A stretch of DNA of 64,000 nucleotides from Flavobacteriales bacterium. GTDB lineage: Bacteria > Bacteroidota > Bacteroidia > UBA10329. A program made the position numbers and the translations under genes. Location of the stretch: NCBI GenBank assembly GCA_021741155.1, contig JAIOYP010000003.1:74295-138294 (forward strand). Direction: 5' to 3'. Shown piece by piece: positions 39,030-48,675 of the stretch (position 1 is its first letter; each line of letters starts with the position of its first letter). Under the pieces are notes generated by a model that was given only the letters and a program-made list of their open reading frames with translations, was not told the DNA's origin and did no database searches.

Positions 39030-39050
39030 TTTATACTAACCTTCGCTTTT

Positions 39051-41747
39051 TTACAGTTTTGCTTTTACCTCTACTATTTCGTAGCCTTCTATGATGTCGC
39101 CAACTTTGATATCGTTGTACTTATCGATATTCAAACCGCACTCAAATCCTTTGCTGACTTCTTTTACATCATCCTTGAATCGTTTGAGTGATGCCAATTC
39201 GCCAGTGTAAACCACAATTCCATCGCGTATTACACGAACTTTTGTGTTTCTACCCACCTTACCGTCAAGCACCATACAACCTGCGATGGTACCAACACGT
39301 GTAATTTTGAATGTTTCGCGAACTTCGATGTTTCCAACAATTTTCTCTTCAAATTCTGGTGCCAACATACCTTCCATCGCAGACTTAATCTCTTCGATGG
39401 CATCGTAGATGATGCTGTAAAGTTTGATTTGAATCTGCTCTTGTTCTGCCACTTTTCGAGCATTTACAGATGGTCTAACTTGGAACCCAACCACAATGGC
39501 ATTGGAAGCGGATGCAAGCAATACATCAGACTCAGAAATCTGACCAACACCTTTCATTATAATATTGACAGCAATCTTTTCGGTTGATAGCTTGAGCAAT
39601 GAATCAGAAAGTGCTTCGATTGATCCATCCACGTCACCTTTGACGATAAGGTTCAACTCTTGGAAATCACCAATGGCGATTCGTCTTCCAATTTCATCTA
39701 GGGTGATGTGTTTCTGAGTTCGAAGACCTTGCTCACGCTGCAACTGCAATCTTCTTGCTGCTACCGAGCGGGCTTCCTTATCATCATCCATTACGTTAAA
39801 CGTATCTCCAGAAGATGGTGCTCCGTCCAGTCCCAAGACTTGAGCGGGCATAGACGGCCCAGCCTGCGTCATGGTCTGACCACGTTCGTTATAAAGAGCT
39901 TTTACTCTACCGCTATGGCTTCCTGCAAGAATGATATCTCCAACGCGCAGAGTTCCGCCTTGAACAAGCATGGTGGAAACGTATCCACGTCCTTTATCCA
40001 ACTGGCTTTCAATGATTGTTCCTACTGCTCGCTTGTCTGGATCGGCTGTCAATTCAAGAAGTTCTGCTTCGAGCAATACCTTTTCTAGTAGCTTTTCGAC
40101 ATTCAGACCAGACTTGGCAGAAATCTCTTGACATTGGTATTTTCCGCCCCAATCTTCCACAAGGATGTTCATATTGGCCAACTGCTCTTTAATCTTTTCC
40201 GGATTGGCTCCGTCTTTATCAATCTTATTGATGGCAAATATCATTGGAACGCCAGCAGCTTGCGCGTGATTGATGGCTTCTTTGGTCTGTGGCATTACCG
40301 CATCATCGGCAGCAACCACGATTATAACTACGTCAGTTACTTGAGCTCCACGAGCACGCATGGCGGTAAAGGCCTCGTGACCCGGAGTATCGAGGAATGC
40401 AATGCGTTTTCCGTCTTCCAACTCTACACCGTATGCACCAATGTGCTGCGTAATTCCACCTGCTTCACCTGCAATTACGTTTGCGTCTCGTATATAATCG
40501 AGTAGTGAGGTTTTACCGTGGTCAACGTGACCCATGATGGTAACGATTGGTGGACGCTCAACCATTCTATCTGGATTGTCTTCGTCTTCCAAGATTGAAT
40601 CTTGAACATCGGCACTTACGAATTGAACCTCGTGTCCAAATTCCTCAGCAACGATAGAAAGTGTTTCTGCATCTAATCGCTGATTGATAGAAACGAATAA
40701 TCCCAAACTCATACATGCTGCAATAATCTCGTTCACCTGAACGTCCATCATCTTGGCTAATTCGTTTGCGGTTACAAACTCTGTTACCTTAATGGTTTTC
40801 TTTTCAAGCTCTTGCAGTTGCTCTTCTTGCTCGGTTCTTTCCTGATAGGCTTGACGTTTTTCCCTTCGGTATTTTGATCCTTTAGACTTGGAACTTCCAC
40901 CACTCAAACGAGCTAGTGTTTCCTTAATTTGTTTTTGGATTTCCTCATCTGTTAGCTCTGCTTTTTTCTCACGCGGGGCTCTTCCGGGCGCACCTCCAGT
41001 CCTTGGCGCAGAACCTCCACCTGCCGCAGGTGCATCTCCTTCTGCTGGTCTTCTAACTCGCTTGCGCTTTCGTTTCTTATCTGCAGAATCATTAGATGTG
41101 GCAACTGGCTTTTTTTCTCTTGGTTTTTCAACCGGAAGCTCCATTTTCCCAAGAACCTTGGCTCCTGCCAATTTAGCGACATTCACCTTAATAACTTCGT
41201 CTTCCACCTTAGCTGCCTCAGCTATCTTGGCAGCCTCAGCCTCTAGCTTCGAAGCCTCTTCATCATCTATTTTTTTCTTGGCCGCTGCTTCTACCGCAGC
41301 ATCTGCATCAGCTTTATCCTTTGCTGCTTTTGCGGCCTTTTCTTCCTCTAATTTCTTTTTGCGTGCGGCCGGATTGAGGTCATCCAAATTCATGGTACCC
41401 ATGACTTTAGGGCCTTCCATTTTGGCGGCCTCAGCCTTGATAACAGCTTCTTTCTTCTCTCTTCTCTCTTCTCTTGCCTTTTCCTTTACCTCTTCCTGTT
41501 CTTCGGTGGCGGCAATGCGTTCATCCTTTCGTTGCTGAAGTATCTCGGATTTGGCCTCTGCTTCCATCTTAAGCTTACGATCTGCAGCAAACTCATCAAG
41601 CAGAATGTTGTACATCGCTTGATCCAACTTAGAATTAGGGTTCACGTCCGTGTAGCCTTTATCCTTTAGGAAATCGACTATGGTCCCCTTACCTACGTTG
41701 AGGTCTGTTGCTACAGCCCCTAATCTTCTAAGTATTCCTTCTGCCAT
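39051..41747 (-). CDS. infB: Translation initiation factor IF-2
   Basis: G domain [21 protein letters not shown]. Low-complexity K/E/A-rich N-terminus. 898 aa. Confidence 0.95.
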   Translation of the reverse strand: MAEGILRRLGAVATDLNVGKGTIVDFLKDKGYTDVNPNSKLDQAMYNILLDEFAADRKLKMEAEAKSEILQQRKDERIAATEEQEEVKEKAREERREKKEAVIKAEAAKMEGPKVMGTMNLDDLNPAARKKKLEEEKAAKAAKDKADADAAVEAAAKKKIDDEEASKLEAEAAKIAEAAKVEDEVIKVNVAKLAGAKVLGKMELPVEKPREKKPVATSNDSADKKRKRKRVRRPAEGDAPAAGGGSAPRTGGAPGRAPREKKAELTDEEIQKQIKETLARLSGGSSKSKGSKYRREKRQAYQERTEQEEQLQELEKKTIKVTEFVTANELAKMMDVQVNEIIAACMSLGLFVSINQRLDAETLSIVAEEFGHEVQFVSADVQDSILEDEDNPDRMVERPPIVTIMGHVDHGKTSLLDYIRDANVIAGEAGGITQHIGAYGVELEDGKRIAFLDTPGHEAFTAMRARGAQVTDVVIIVVAADDAVMPQTKEAINHAQAAGVPMIFAINKIDKDGANPEKIKEQLANMNILVEDWGGKYQCQEISAKSGLNVEKLLEKVLLEAELLELTADPDKRAVGTIIESQLDKGRGYVSTMLVQGGTLRVGDIILAGSHSGRVKALYNERGQTMTQAGPSMPAQVLGLDGAPSSGDTFNVMDDDKEARSVAARRLQLQREQGLRTQKHITLDEIGRRIAIGDFQELNLIVKGDVDGSIEALSDSLLKLSTEKIAVNIIMKGVGQISESDVLLASASNAIVVGFQVRPSVNARKVAEQEQIQIKLYSIIYDAIEEIKSAMEGMLAPEFEEKIVGNIEVRETFKITRVGTIAGCMVLDGKVGRNTKVRVIRDGIVVYTGELASLKRFKDDVKEVSKGFECGLNIDKYNDIKVGDIIEGYEIVEVKAKL

Positions 41748-41791
41748 CTATGCTTATTGCTTAATAATTCAATTCATAACTGATGAAATTA

Positions 41792-43030
41792 TCAGTCAGC
41801 AAATTCCTCTTTAAGGATATTGATAATTTCAACAACCGTTTCTTCTTCAAGATCAGTTCGTTTAACAAGTTCGTCCTTTCCTAACTCCAAAACGCTTTTA
41901 GCGGTATCGCAACCAATTGCTTTCAGCTCATCAAGAATCCAGCTTTCGATTTCATCTGCGAATTCTTCCAAGTCAACGTCTTCCACATCAACATCCGAAT
42001 CACGATAAACGTCAATCTCATAGCCAGTCAACTGACCAGCCAATCGAATGTTAAATCCTCCTTTACCAATTGCCAATGAAACTTGATCTGCTTTTAAAAA
42101 CACTTCGGCTCTTGAAGTCGCATCGTTCAACTCAATTCGAGTAATCTTAGCTGGGCTCAAGGCACGCTGAATAAACAATTGCGAATTGTTTGTAAAGTTA
42201 ATAACGTCTATATTCTCATTTCTAAGTTCACGAACGATTCCATGGATACGTGATCCTTTCATACCAACACAAGCTCCAACTGGATCGATACGATCATCGT
42301 AAGACTCGACAGCCACTTTGGCTCTTTCGCCAGGTACTCGAACAATTTTCTTAATAGTGATGAGACCATCAAAAACTTCTGGAACCTCGTTCTCAAACAA
42401 ACGCTCCAAGAAGCGAGAATCTGTCCTTGACATGATTACAACTGGGTTGTTGTTTCTCATTTCTACCTCTTTGATTACCGCTCTAACAGAATCTCCCTTT
42501 TTGAAATAATCGCTAGGAATCTGTTCTGTTTTAGGAAGAATAAGTTCATTTCCTTCATCATCCAAAATCAGAATTTCGCGCTTCCAAATCTGATAAACCT
42601 CGCCAGTAATCAATTCCCCCTCACGGTCTTTGTATTTTCTAAAGACGTTGTCTTTCTCAAGGTCCATAATCCGCGAAGCAAGATTCTGACGAATAGCCAA
42701 AACTGCCCTACGACCAAAATCTTCCAACTTCACTTGTTCAGAAACCTCCTCTCCAATCTCGAAATCCGATTCAATCTTCAAAGCCTCAGACAATGGAATT
42801 TCCAATACATCATCCTCCAACTCGTCATCAGCCACGATGGTGCGGTTTCTCCAAAGTTCGAGGTCGCCTTTATCAACATTGATAATGACATCAATGTTTT
42901 CATCGGTTCCGTATTGTTTAATAAGCAATGATCGGAAGGTGTCTTCCAAAATGCTCATCATGGTTACTCTGTCTATGTTTTTGAATTCTTTGAACTCCAA
43001 AAACGACTCTACAAGATTTAAACTGTTCAT
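41792..43030 (-). CDS. nusA: Transcription termination/antitermination factor NusA
   Basis: S1 and KH domains (GACVGMKGSRI). 412 aa. It sits between rimP and infB. Confidence 0.95.
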   Translation of the reverse strand: MNSLNLVESFLEFKEFKNIDRVTMMSILEDTFRSLLIKQYGTDENIDVIINVDKGDLELWRNRTIVADDELEDDVLEIPLSEALKIESDFEIGEEVSEQVKLEDFGRRAVLAIRQNLASRIMDLEKDNVFRKYKDREGELITGEVYQIWKREILILDDEGNELILPKTEQIPSDYFKKGDSVRAVIKEVEMRNNNPVVIMSRTDSRFLERLFENEVPEVFDGLITIKKIVRVPGERAKVAVESYDDRIDPVGACVGMKGSRIHGIVRELRNENIDVINFTNNSQLFIQRALSPAKITRIELNDATSRAEVFLKADQVSLAIGKGGFNIRLAGQLTGYEIDVYRDSDVDVEDVDLEEFADEIESWILDELKAIGCDTAKSVLELGKDELVKRTDLEEETVVEIINILKEEFAD

Positions 43031-43036
43031 CTCTAG

Positions 43037-43486
43037 TTATTTGAACGATATTACTGTCTTAGCTTCTTTTATTTCACTCAATGAAACCTTTACTGGCTCC
43101 AGTTCTTCTTTTTTCTTTTTTGATTCTGGTTGCACAGTGATTGATTCACCTGCAAACTCGGTCAATTGTCCTTTAACGCTTGTGCCGTCAGCCATCGTCA
43201 CTTTTATCTCTCGCCCAACATTCTTCTTGTATTGAAGTGGGTGCTGAAACGGCTCGGTTAAACCAGGCGATGATACTTCCAACTCATAATCCTCAACCTC
43301 TCTATCTAAACTACCCTCGATGTGTCGACTCACGTTTACACAAGCCCTAACATCTAATCCTTCCAACGCATCAATAAACACTCTGATTCGATTTGTAGGC
43401 ACAACTCGAACGGAAACAATAAACACATCTGTTCCCTCAATCTTTTCCTCAACAAGTCCCCGAACTACTGCTTCTGTTATCATCAT
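43037..43486 (-). CDS. rimP: Ribosome maturation factor RimP
   Basis: About 150 aa, first gene of the rimP-nusA-infB operon. VSSPGL motif. Confidence 0.8.
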   Translation of the reverse strand: MMITEAVVRGLVEEKIEGTDVFIVSVRVVPTNRIRVFIDALEGLDVRACVNVSRHIEGSLDREVEDYELEVSSPGLTEPFQHPLQYKKNVGREIKVTMADGTSVKGQLTEFAGESITVQPESKKKKEELEPVKVSLSEIKEAKTVISFK

Positions 43487-43487
43487 T

Positions 43488-43508
43488 AAAAAAGGGCCTA
43501 TCGGGCCC
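43488..43508 (-). promoter_or_regulatory. Terminator-like GC hairpin plus T-run on the coding strand immediately upstream of the rimP start codon
   Basis: The minus strand reads GGGCC-CGATA-GGCCC-TTTTTT, ending 2 nt before ATGATG. It is a possible leader attenuator. Confidence 0.35.
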
Positions 43509-43747
43509 CTTCCATCAACACATCCTCAAATCGCGTGCAAATATAGCTGTTAAGTTCTAAGTTGCAAACCCCAAGTTCAAGTTTGTTTTGCGTATAGAAG
43601 AAATCTGAGAAGCATCAAACTCTCATTAGATACATGCACCAATTAATCTTGCTCATTGATGCAAATTTATGGTCCATTAACTTGAGCAAATGGCATCCAA
43701 GTTTTAAAACTGCCGTCTGAAACACAAAGCAGGTATTATCAAGTTGT

Positions 43748-43755
43748 TAAATTTG
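43748..43755 (+). promoter_or_regulatory. Candidate -7 box (TAAATTTG)
   Basis: Matches TAnnTTTG, 23 nt upstream of the ATG at 43779. Confidence 0.3.
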
Positions 43756-43778
43756 CGCGCTTTCAAGAAAATTTAGAA

Positions 43779-44174
43779 ATGATTAAAAAAGTATTTGCCT
43801 GCGTTACTCTTATAGGATTAATCTCCATAAGCACATTCACAATTGCACAGAACAAAGCCGACATTGACAATCGTCTTTACGATAAATTCTCCAAAAAAGA
43901 AGTAAACGCACTCAGCGCATCTGAGTTAGATTACTGGACTTTTTATATTGAGAACAGTTTCCAGATTGTAGATATTCCAAAGGAGAAACCTGACGCTGTA
44001 CCTGCAGTAGTGAGCCTAAAAAGCCTTGACAAAAAGGATATAAATGTGTTCAAACTAGGATTTAAACCGCACGCAGTTGCAAGAGATTATTTTAGAATTG
44101 AAGGAACGGACAAGATGGTTATCGTGCTACCACAGTCTGAAATTGACCAGCTTTTCAAAGCGAGATCAAACTAA
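43779..44174 (+). CDS. Small secreted hypothetical protein
   Basis: Signal peptide MIKKVFACVTLIGLISISTFTIAQ. 131 aa. It ends 22 nt upstream of the large T9SS cargo gene. Confidence 0.45.
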   Translation: MIKKVFACVTLIGLISISTFTIAQNKADIDNRLYDKFSKKEVNALSASELDYWTFYIENSFQIVDIPKEKPDAVPAVVSLKSLDKKDINVFKLGFKPHAVARDYFRIEGTDKMVIVLPQSEIDQLFKARSN

Positions 44175-44195
44175 ACCAGAAGAGGATATCAACAC

Positions 44196-47111
44196 ATGAA
44201 AAGAATTGCATTACTACTTATTTCTATTGTACTCACTGGATGGCATGCGTCTGCACAACAGACTATTTCAATTACAGATGCAGGTCCGGTAACACTGGAT
44301 TGCGGATTTGGAGCTCTTTACGACCATAGTTTTCAAGACGACAACAACGCTGCTCCTTATCCATCAAATTCAAACTTCAGCATAACCATTTGCCCAGACG
44401 GAACGGCTGGAAGCAAAGTGACACTGAGAATGTTTCCTGAGGTGGGCGATGTTTGGGATATACACGGTTCTGATACACTTTTCGTGTATGATGGAGTAAA
44501 TTCAAGTGCTCCGCTATTAGGTGCTTTCAATAGCGATACTGATACGAATGGAATTAGCGTTCAGGCCACGTTCAACAACCCATCTGGATGTTTAACTTTT
44601 GTCTTTGTGAGTGATGCAACAAACGAAGGTGATGGATTTGGAGGGTTGATAACTTGTGGTTATCCATGTCAGCCGTTTACACCTATTGTTGTCTCAACTC
44701 CTCTTCAAGTTCCTGCAGACACAGGTTGGATTGACATCTGTTTGGGCGATACTGTTTGGTTGACAGGAAGTGCCAATTATCCGTATTCAGGTACAAATGG
44801 AGGCATAGGGTATGACCAAATGAACAGCAGCAGTAGGTTCGACTGGGAATTTGCAGACGGAACGACATTTGAAGATCAAGACAATGTTTATTTCGTGCCT
44901 CAGGTGCGAGCGGGTTATTTGGTAGAAATGCGCGTTACAGACACGCTTGGCTGCGTAGATGTTACCACCACTAAAATCCGAGTATCCACTATTCCGAATT
45001 TCAGTGAAACTATAATTCTTGCCGAAGACACCGTTTGTCCAGGCGAGAGCACGCTTCTCTTAGGTGGTGTTTCAAACACTGATACTGCTGGGGTTGCACC
45101 TACACAAGGCGCCTTTATCAATGGTGGAATATTTGCAGGTCTTACGTATCTCCCCGATGGGTCAGGAGTAAATTACGAAACCGACATTGAAATTTCGAAT
45201 TTCGATAGCGGACAGGTGGTACAAAATGCTTCTGACATTATTGACATCTGTATTACCATGGAGCATAGCTATTTAGGAGACCTTGAAATGATGTTGACCT
45301 GTCCTGACGGAACAAGCATCATCTTATTCAATAGTTATACTGGCACTGGTATTGGGCCTCAATTTGCTGGAGGTTTTGGCGGAGGCGGAACCTTCTTAGG
45401 AGATGCTGTAGATAACACGAGCGGACAGCCTGGAATTGGCTGGGAATACTGCTTCTCTGATGCTGCCATTTGGGGAACTATGGGAGATGAACATCCTCAA
45501 AATACGATTCCAACGGTAGTAAACTCCGCAGGTCAATCAATGTCCCCTGGAACCTATCTTCCAGAAGAGTCTTTCGACAACCTAATAGGCTGTCCAATCA
45601 ACGGAACTTGGACAATAACTGTAAGAGATAATATTGGAGCAGATGACGGGTATATTTTTGAGTGGGGAGTTCTTTTCAATCCAGATATCGACCCAAATGC
45701 TGAATTCTACATTCCGACCATTACGGATGGCTGGTGGAGTTCGGACCCAACGATTATAGCCAGTCAAGGTGATACTCTCATTGAAGTGTTACCCCCTAAT
45801 CCGGGCGACTATTTCTACACCTTTAATGTGGTAGATGATTTTGGATGTCCGTATGACACAACATTGCAGGTTCACGCAGTTCCAAGTCTCACGTCTTTCT
45901 CCAATGATGATGTTTGCGACACTCAGTATGAACTTTCCGCAGCTGATTACGAAATACTTGGAGAGTGGACATACAATGGCCCTATAGGCGGAACGGCAAC
46001 ATTCTCTCCAAACCAATCAGCCTATGATCCAACGGTGACCATAAACGGCTATGGTGATTATGAATTCGTTTTCACAAGTGATTATTGTGGGCAAAGTGAT
46101 ACGATAGTTGTCGATTTTAATCCAACACCATCGCCTGTTAATTTAACAAATCAGACCATCTGCCCTGGAACAGATTTGACTTTTGATGCTGGTAACGAAG
46201 ACATCGGGGCTACTTATTCTTGGTCTCCGGGTGGATTTAGCGGGCAAGTTTTGAACCTTGATTCTGTAACTACAGCGGGCGGAATTCAGGTCACCGTAAC
46301 CAATGATTGTGGCACTTCCAATGGTGCAGCCACCATTACAGTTCATTCTGCTTCAGTCACTGGCCCAGTTCAAGTGTGCTTGGCTGATGATGCTGATTTG
46401 ATTGCTTCTTTCACAACCCCTGGAGGTAGTTGGTCTTACACAGGACCAGCTGGAGCCGTTGCCACGTTCTCTCCAAACGAGGTTAGTGGAACACCTTCCG
46501 TTTCGGTAGACCTGCCTGGAGAATATCAGTTTGTATTCACCGATTCAGAATGCGCCATTCAACGCACATGGGATGTGTCATTTGCTCCTGCCCCTACGGT
46601 TGAGATTGTTTTGGACACAAATCGAATCTGTGTAGAGGACGATATCGTTCTTTATTACAATGTCAACACAGATATTTATGATGATTTGCAGTGGAATCCT
46701 TTCGGAGTTACTTCAGATACATTGATAATTGCAGGAACTGATTCGATGGCTTTTAGCATGTTTGACACACTTTTCCACGTAAGCGCAAGCATCAGCAATT
46801 TCTGTGGTACCGGTACCGATGAGGTTGTTTATCAAGTTATTGATTGCACACTGGACGTGCCTAATGTATTCAACCCAGAGTCAAACGTTGCTGAAAATCA
46901 ATACTTCAATATTGTAGCATTGAATCTGCATGCTGGAAATAACGTCAAGATATTTGATCGCTGGGGTCGTAAATGCTATGATGTAGATGACTACCACCTA
47001 AATCCTTGGAACGGTGATGGTGCTGCAGATGGGGTTTACTTTTGGGTTCTTGTTCGTCCAGGTTATGAAGCCGAGACTGGATACGTACATTTGGTACACG
47101 GCTCAAACTAA
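44196..47111 (+). CDS. Large secreted protein with a proprotein-convertase P-domain and a T9SS type B C-terminal sorting domain
   Basis: Signal peptide. P-domain signature ITMEHSYLGDLEMMLTCPDGTSIILF. C-terminus PNVFNPE...IFDRWGRKCY...WNGDGAADGVYFWVLV matches the gliding-motility-associated CTD. Confidence 0.7.
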   Translation: MKRIALLLISIVLTGWHASAQQTISITDAGPVTLDCGFGALYDHSFQDDNNAAPYPSNSNFSITICPDGTAGSKVTLRMFPEVGDVWDIHGSDTLFVYDGVNSSAPLLGAFNSDTDTNGISVQATFNNPSGCLTFVFVSDATNEGDGFGGLITCGYPCQPFTPIVVSTPLQVPADTGWIDICLGDTVWLTGSANYPYSGTNGGIGYDQMNSSSRFDWEFADGTTFEDQDNVYFVPQVRAGYLVEMRVTDTLGCVDVTTTKIRVSTIPNFSETIILAEDTVCPGESTLLLGGVSNTDTAGVAPTQGAFINGGIFAGLTYLPDGSGVNYETDIEISNFDSGQVVQNASDIIDICITMEHSYLGDLEMMLTCPDGTSIILFNSYTGTGIGPQFAGGFGGGGTFLGDAVDNTSGQPGIGWEYCFSDAAIWGTMGDEHPQNTIPTVVNSAGQSMSPGTYLPEESFDNLIGCPINGTWTITVRDNIGADDGYIFEWGVLFNPDIDPNAEFYIPTITDGWWSSDPTIIASQGDTLIEVLPPNPGDYFYTFNVVDDFGCPYDTTLQVHAVPSLTSFSNDDVCDTQYELSAADYEILGEWTYNGPIGGTATFSPNQSAYDPTVTINGYGDYEFVFTSDYCGQSDTIVVDFNPTPSPVNLTNQTICPGTDLTFDAGNEDIGATYSWSPGGFSGQVLNLDSVTTAGGIQVTVTNDCGTSNGAATITVHSASVTGPVQVCLADDADLIASFTTPGGSWSYTGPAGAVATFSPNEVSGTPSVSVDLPGEYQFVFTDSECAIQRTWDVSFAPAPTVEIVLDTNRICVEDDIVLYYNVNTDIYDDLQWNPFGVTSDTLIIAGTDSMAFSMFDTLFHVSASISNFCGTGTDEVVYQVIDCTLDVPNVFNPESNVAENQYFNIVALNLHAGNNVKIFDRWGRKCYDVDDYHLNPWNGDGAADGVYFWVLVRPGYEAETGYVHLVHGSN

Positions 47112-47132
47112 GACCATCATTCTAAAGACCGT

Positions 47133-48086
47133 ATGAAAGTCATAGATCATTTAAAGGGTGCTAAAGGCACCCTTTTTTCCATCGAAATACTTCCTCCGCT
47201 AAAAGGAAAAAGTATTGAATCTCTGTTTAACGGCATTGAGCCACTACTTGAATTCAAGCCGTCTTTTGTAGATGTTACCTATCACAGAGAAGAGTACGTT
47301 TACAAGAAACGACCAGGTGGATTTCTTGAGAAGGTGAGCATTAAAAAGCGTCCAGGAACCGTAGGTATCTGTGCTGCCATCATGAACAAATATGGGATTG
47401 ATGCCGTGCCGCACATTATCTGCGGAGGCTTTACGAAAGAAGAAACCGAAAATGCACTTATTGACCTTAACTTTTTAGGAATTGATAACGTGCTTGCCCT
47501 GCAAGGAGACTCTATTAAGACTGAACCGAATTTTGTTCCTGAAACAGATGGTCATGCCTATGCCAATGAATTGGTTGAACAAGTGGTTAACTTGAATAAT
47601 GGTATTTATTTGGATGAAGATTTAACCAATGTAAAGCCTACTAACTTCTGTATTGGAGTTGCTGGCTATCCAGAAAAGCACATTAAGGCTCCTAACCGCA
47701 AGACCGATCTTCGATTTTTAAAGAAGAAGGTCGATGCTGGCGCAGAATACATAGTCACTCAGATGTTTTTTGACAATAAAGCTTACTTCCGGTTTGTGGA
47801 TGAATGCCGAGTTGCAGGAATCAGCGTTCCAATTATTCCTGGGTTAAAACCGATGACCACTAAAGGCCAAGCAACTGTATTGCCTAGCCTGTTTCATATT
47901 GATGTGCCAGTTGATTTATATGATGCCATTGAAAAATGCAAAGACAATGACGCTGCTGCCAAAGTAGGAATTGAGTGGTGTATTGAGCAAAGCAAAGAGT
48001 TGGTAGCTGCTAATGTTCCTTGTTTACATTACTATACAATGGGAACTTCAGGAGCAACGAAAATGGTTGCAGAGAAGATTTTCTAA
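47133..48086 (+). CDS. metF: Methylenetetrahydrofolate reductase
   Basis: FSIEILPP N-terminus and TIM-barrel MTHFR architecture. 317 aa. Confidence 0.85.
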   Translation: MKVIDHLKGAKGTLFSIEILPPLKGKSIESLFNGIEPLLEFKPSFVDVTYHREEYVYKKRPGGFLEKVSIKKRPGTVGICAAIMNKYGIDAVPHIICGGFTKEETENALIDLNFLGIDNVLALQGDSIKTEPNFVPETDGHAYANELVEQVVNLNNGIYLDEDLTNVKPTNFCIGVAGYPEKHIKAPNRKTDLRFLKKKVDAGAEYIVTQMFFDNKAYFRFVDECRVAGISVPIIPGLKPMTTKGQATVLPSLFHIDVPVDLYDAIEKCKDNDAAAKVGIEWCIEQSKELVAANVPCLHYYTMGTSGATKMVAEKIF

Positions 48087-48674
48087 TTAGCGTTTAGCCA
48101 TCATTCGTGCTACGTATTTGCCAATGATGTCGAATTCCAAATTAACCGTGTCACCTAGCTTCAAATCCTTGAAACACGTATGTTCAAGCGTGTAGGGAAT
48201 AATTGCAACCGAGAAACCTGTGTTTGAAGTATCAAAAGCTGTTAGACTTACTCCGTTAACGGTAATTGAACCTTTATCAACAGTGAAATTATCGTCTTCT
48301 TCATGCTTGATATCAAAGATATTGCTTCCACCTCTCTCCTCCACTGAAACAACCTTTCCAAGTTGATCAACATGTCCCTGAACGATGTGTCCGTCAAACC
48401 GACCGTTAGCAGCCATGCATCGCTCCAAATTGACTTCATCTCCAAGTCTTAATTCCCCAAGATTGGTACGCTGGAGCGTCTCATCAATAGCTGTGACCAC
48501 ATACTGACCATTGCCAACCAATTCAACAACTGTCAGGCAAACGCCATTGTGCGCCAAACTCTGATCAACTTTAAGTTCGTGGCTAATCGAACTTTCAAAT
48601 GTAAAATGGATGTTTGTGCCATCTTTTTGTAGCTTTTTCAGCTTGCCGAGAGTTTCTATAATTCCTGTAAACAT
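48087..48674 (-). CDS. ribE: Riboflavin synthase alpha chain
   Basis: MFTGIIETLG N-terminus and a duplicated lumazine-binding half-site. The first ATG is at 48674. Confidence 0.85.
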   Translation of the reverse strand: MFTGIIETLGKLKKLQKDGTNIHFTFESSISHELKVDQSLAHNGVCLTVVELVGNGQYVVTAIDETLQRTNLGELRLGDEVNLERCMAANGRFDGHIVQGHVDQLGKVVSVEERGGSNIFDIKHEEDDNFTVDKGSITVNGVSLTAFDTSNTGFSVAIIPYTLEHTCFKDLKLGDTVNLEFDIIGKYVARMMAKR

Positions 48675-48675
48675 G

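Noticed and set aside
40888-41538. 216-aa Ser/Ala-rich plus-strand ORF
   Set aside because: It is antisense to the low-complexity K/E/A-rich N-terminal region of infB and has no independent support.
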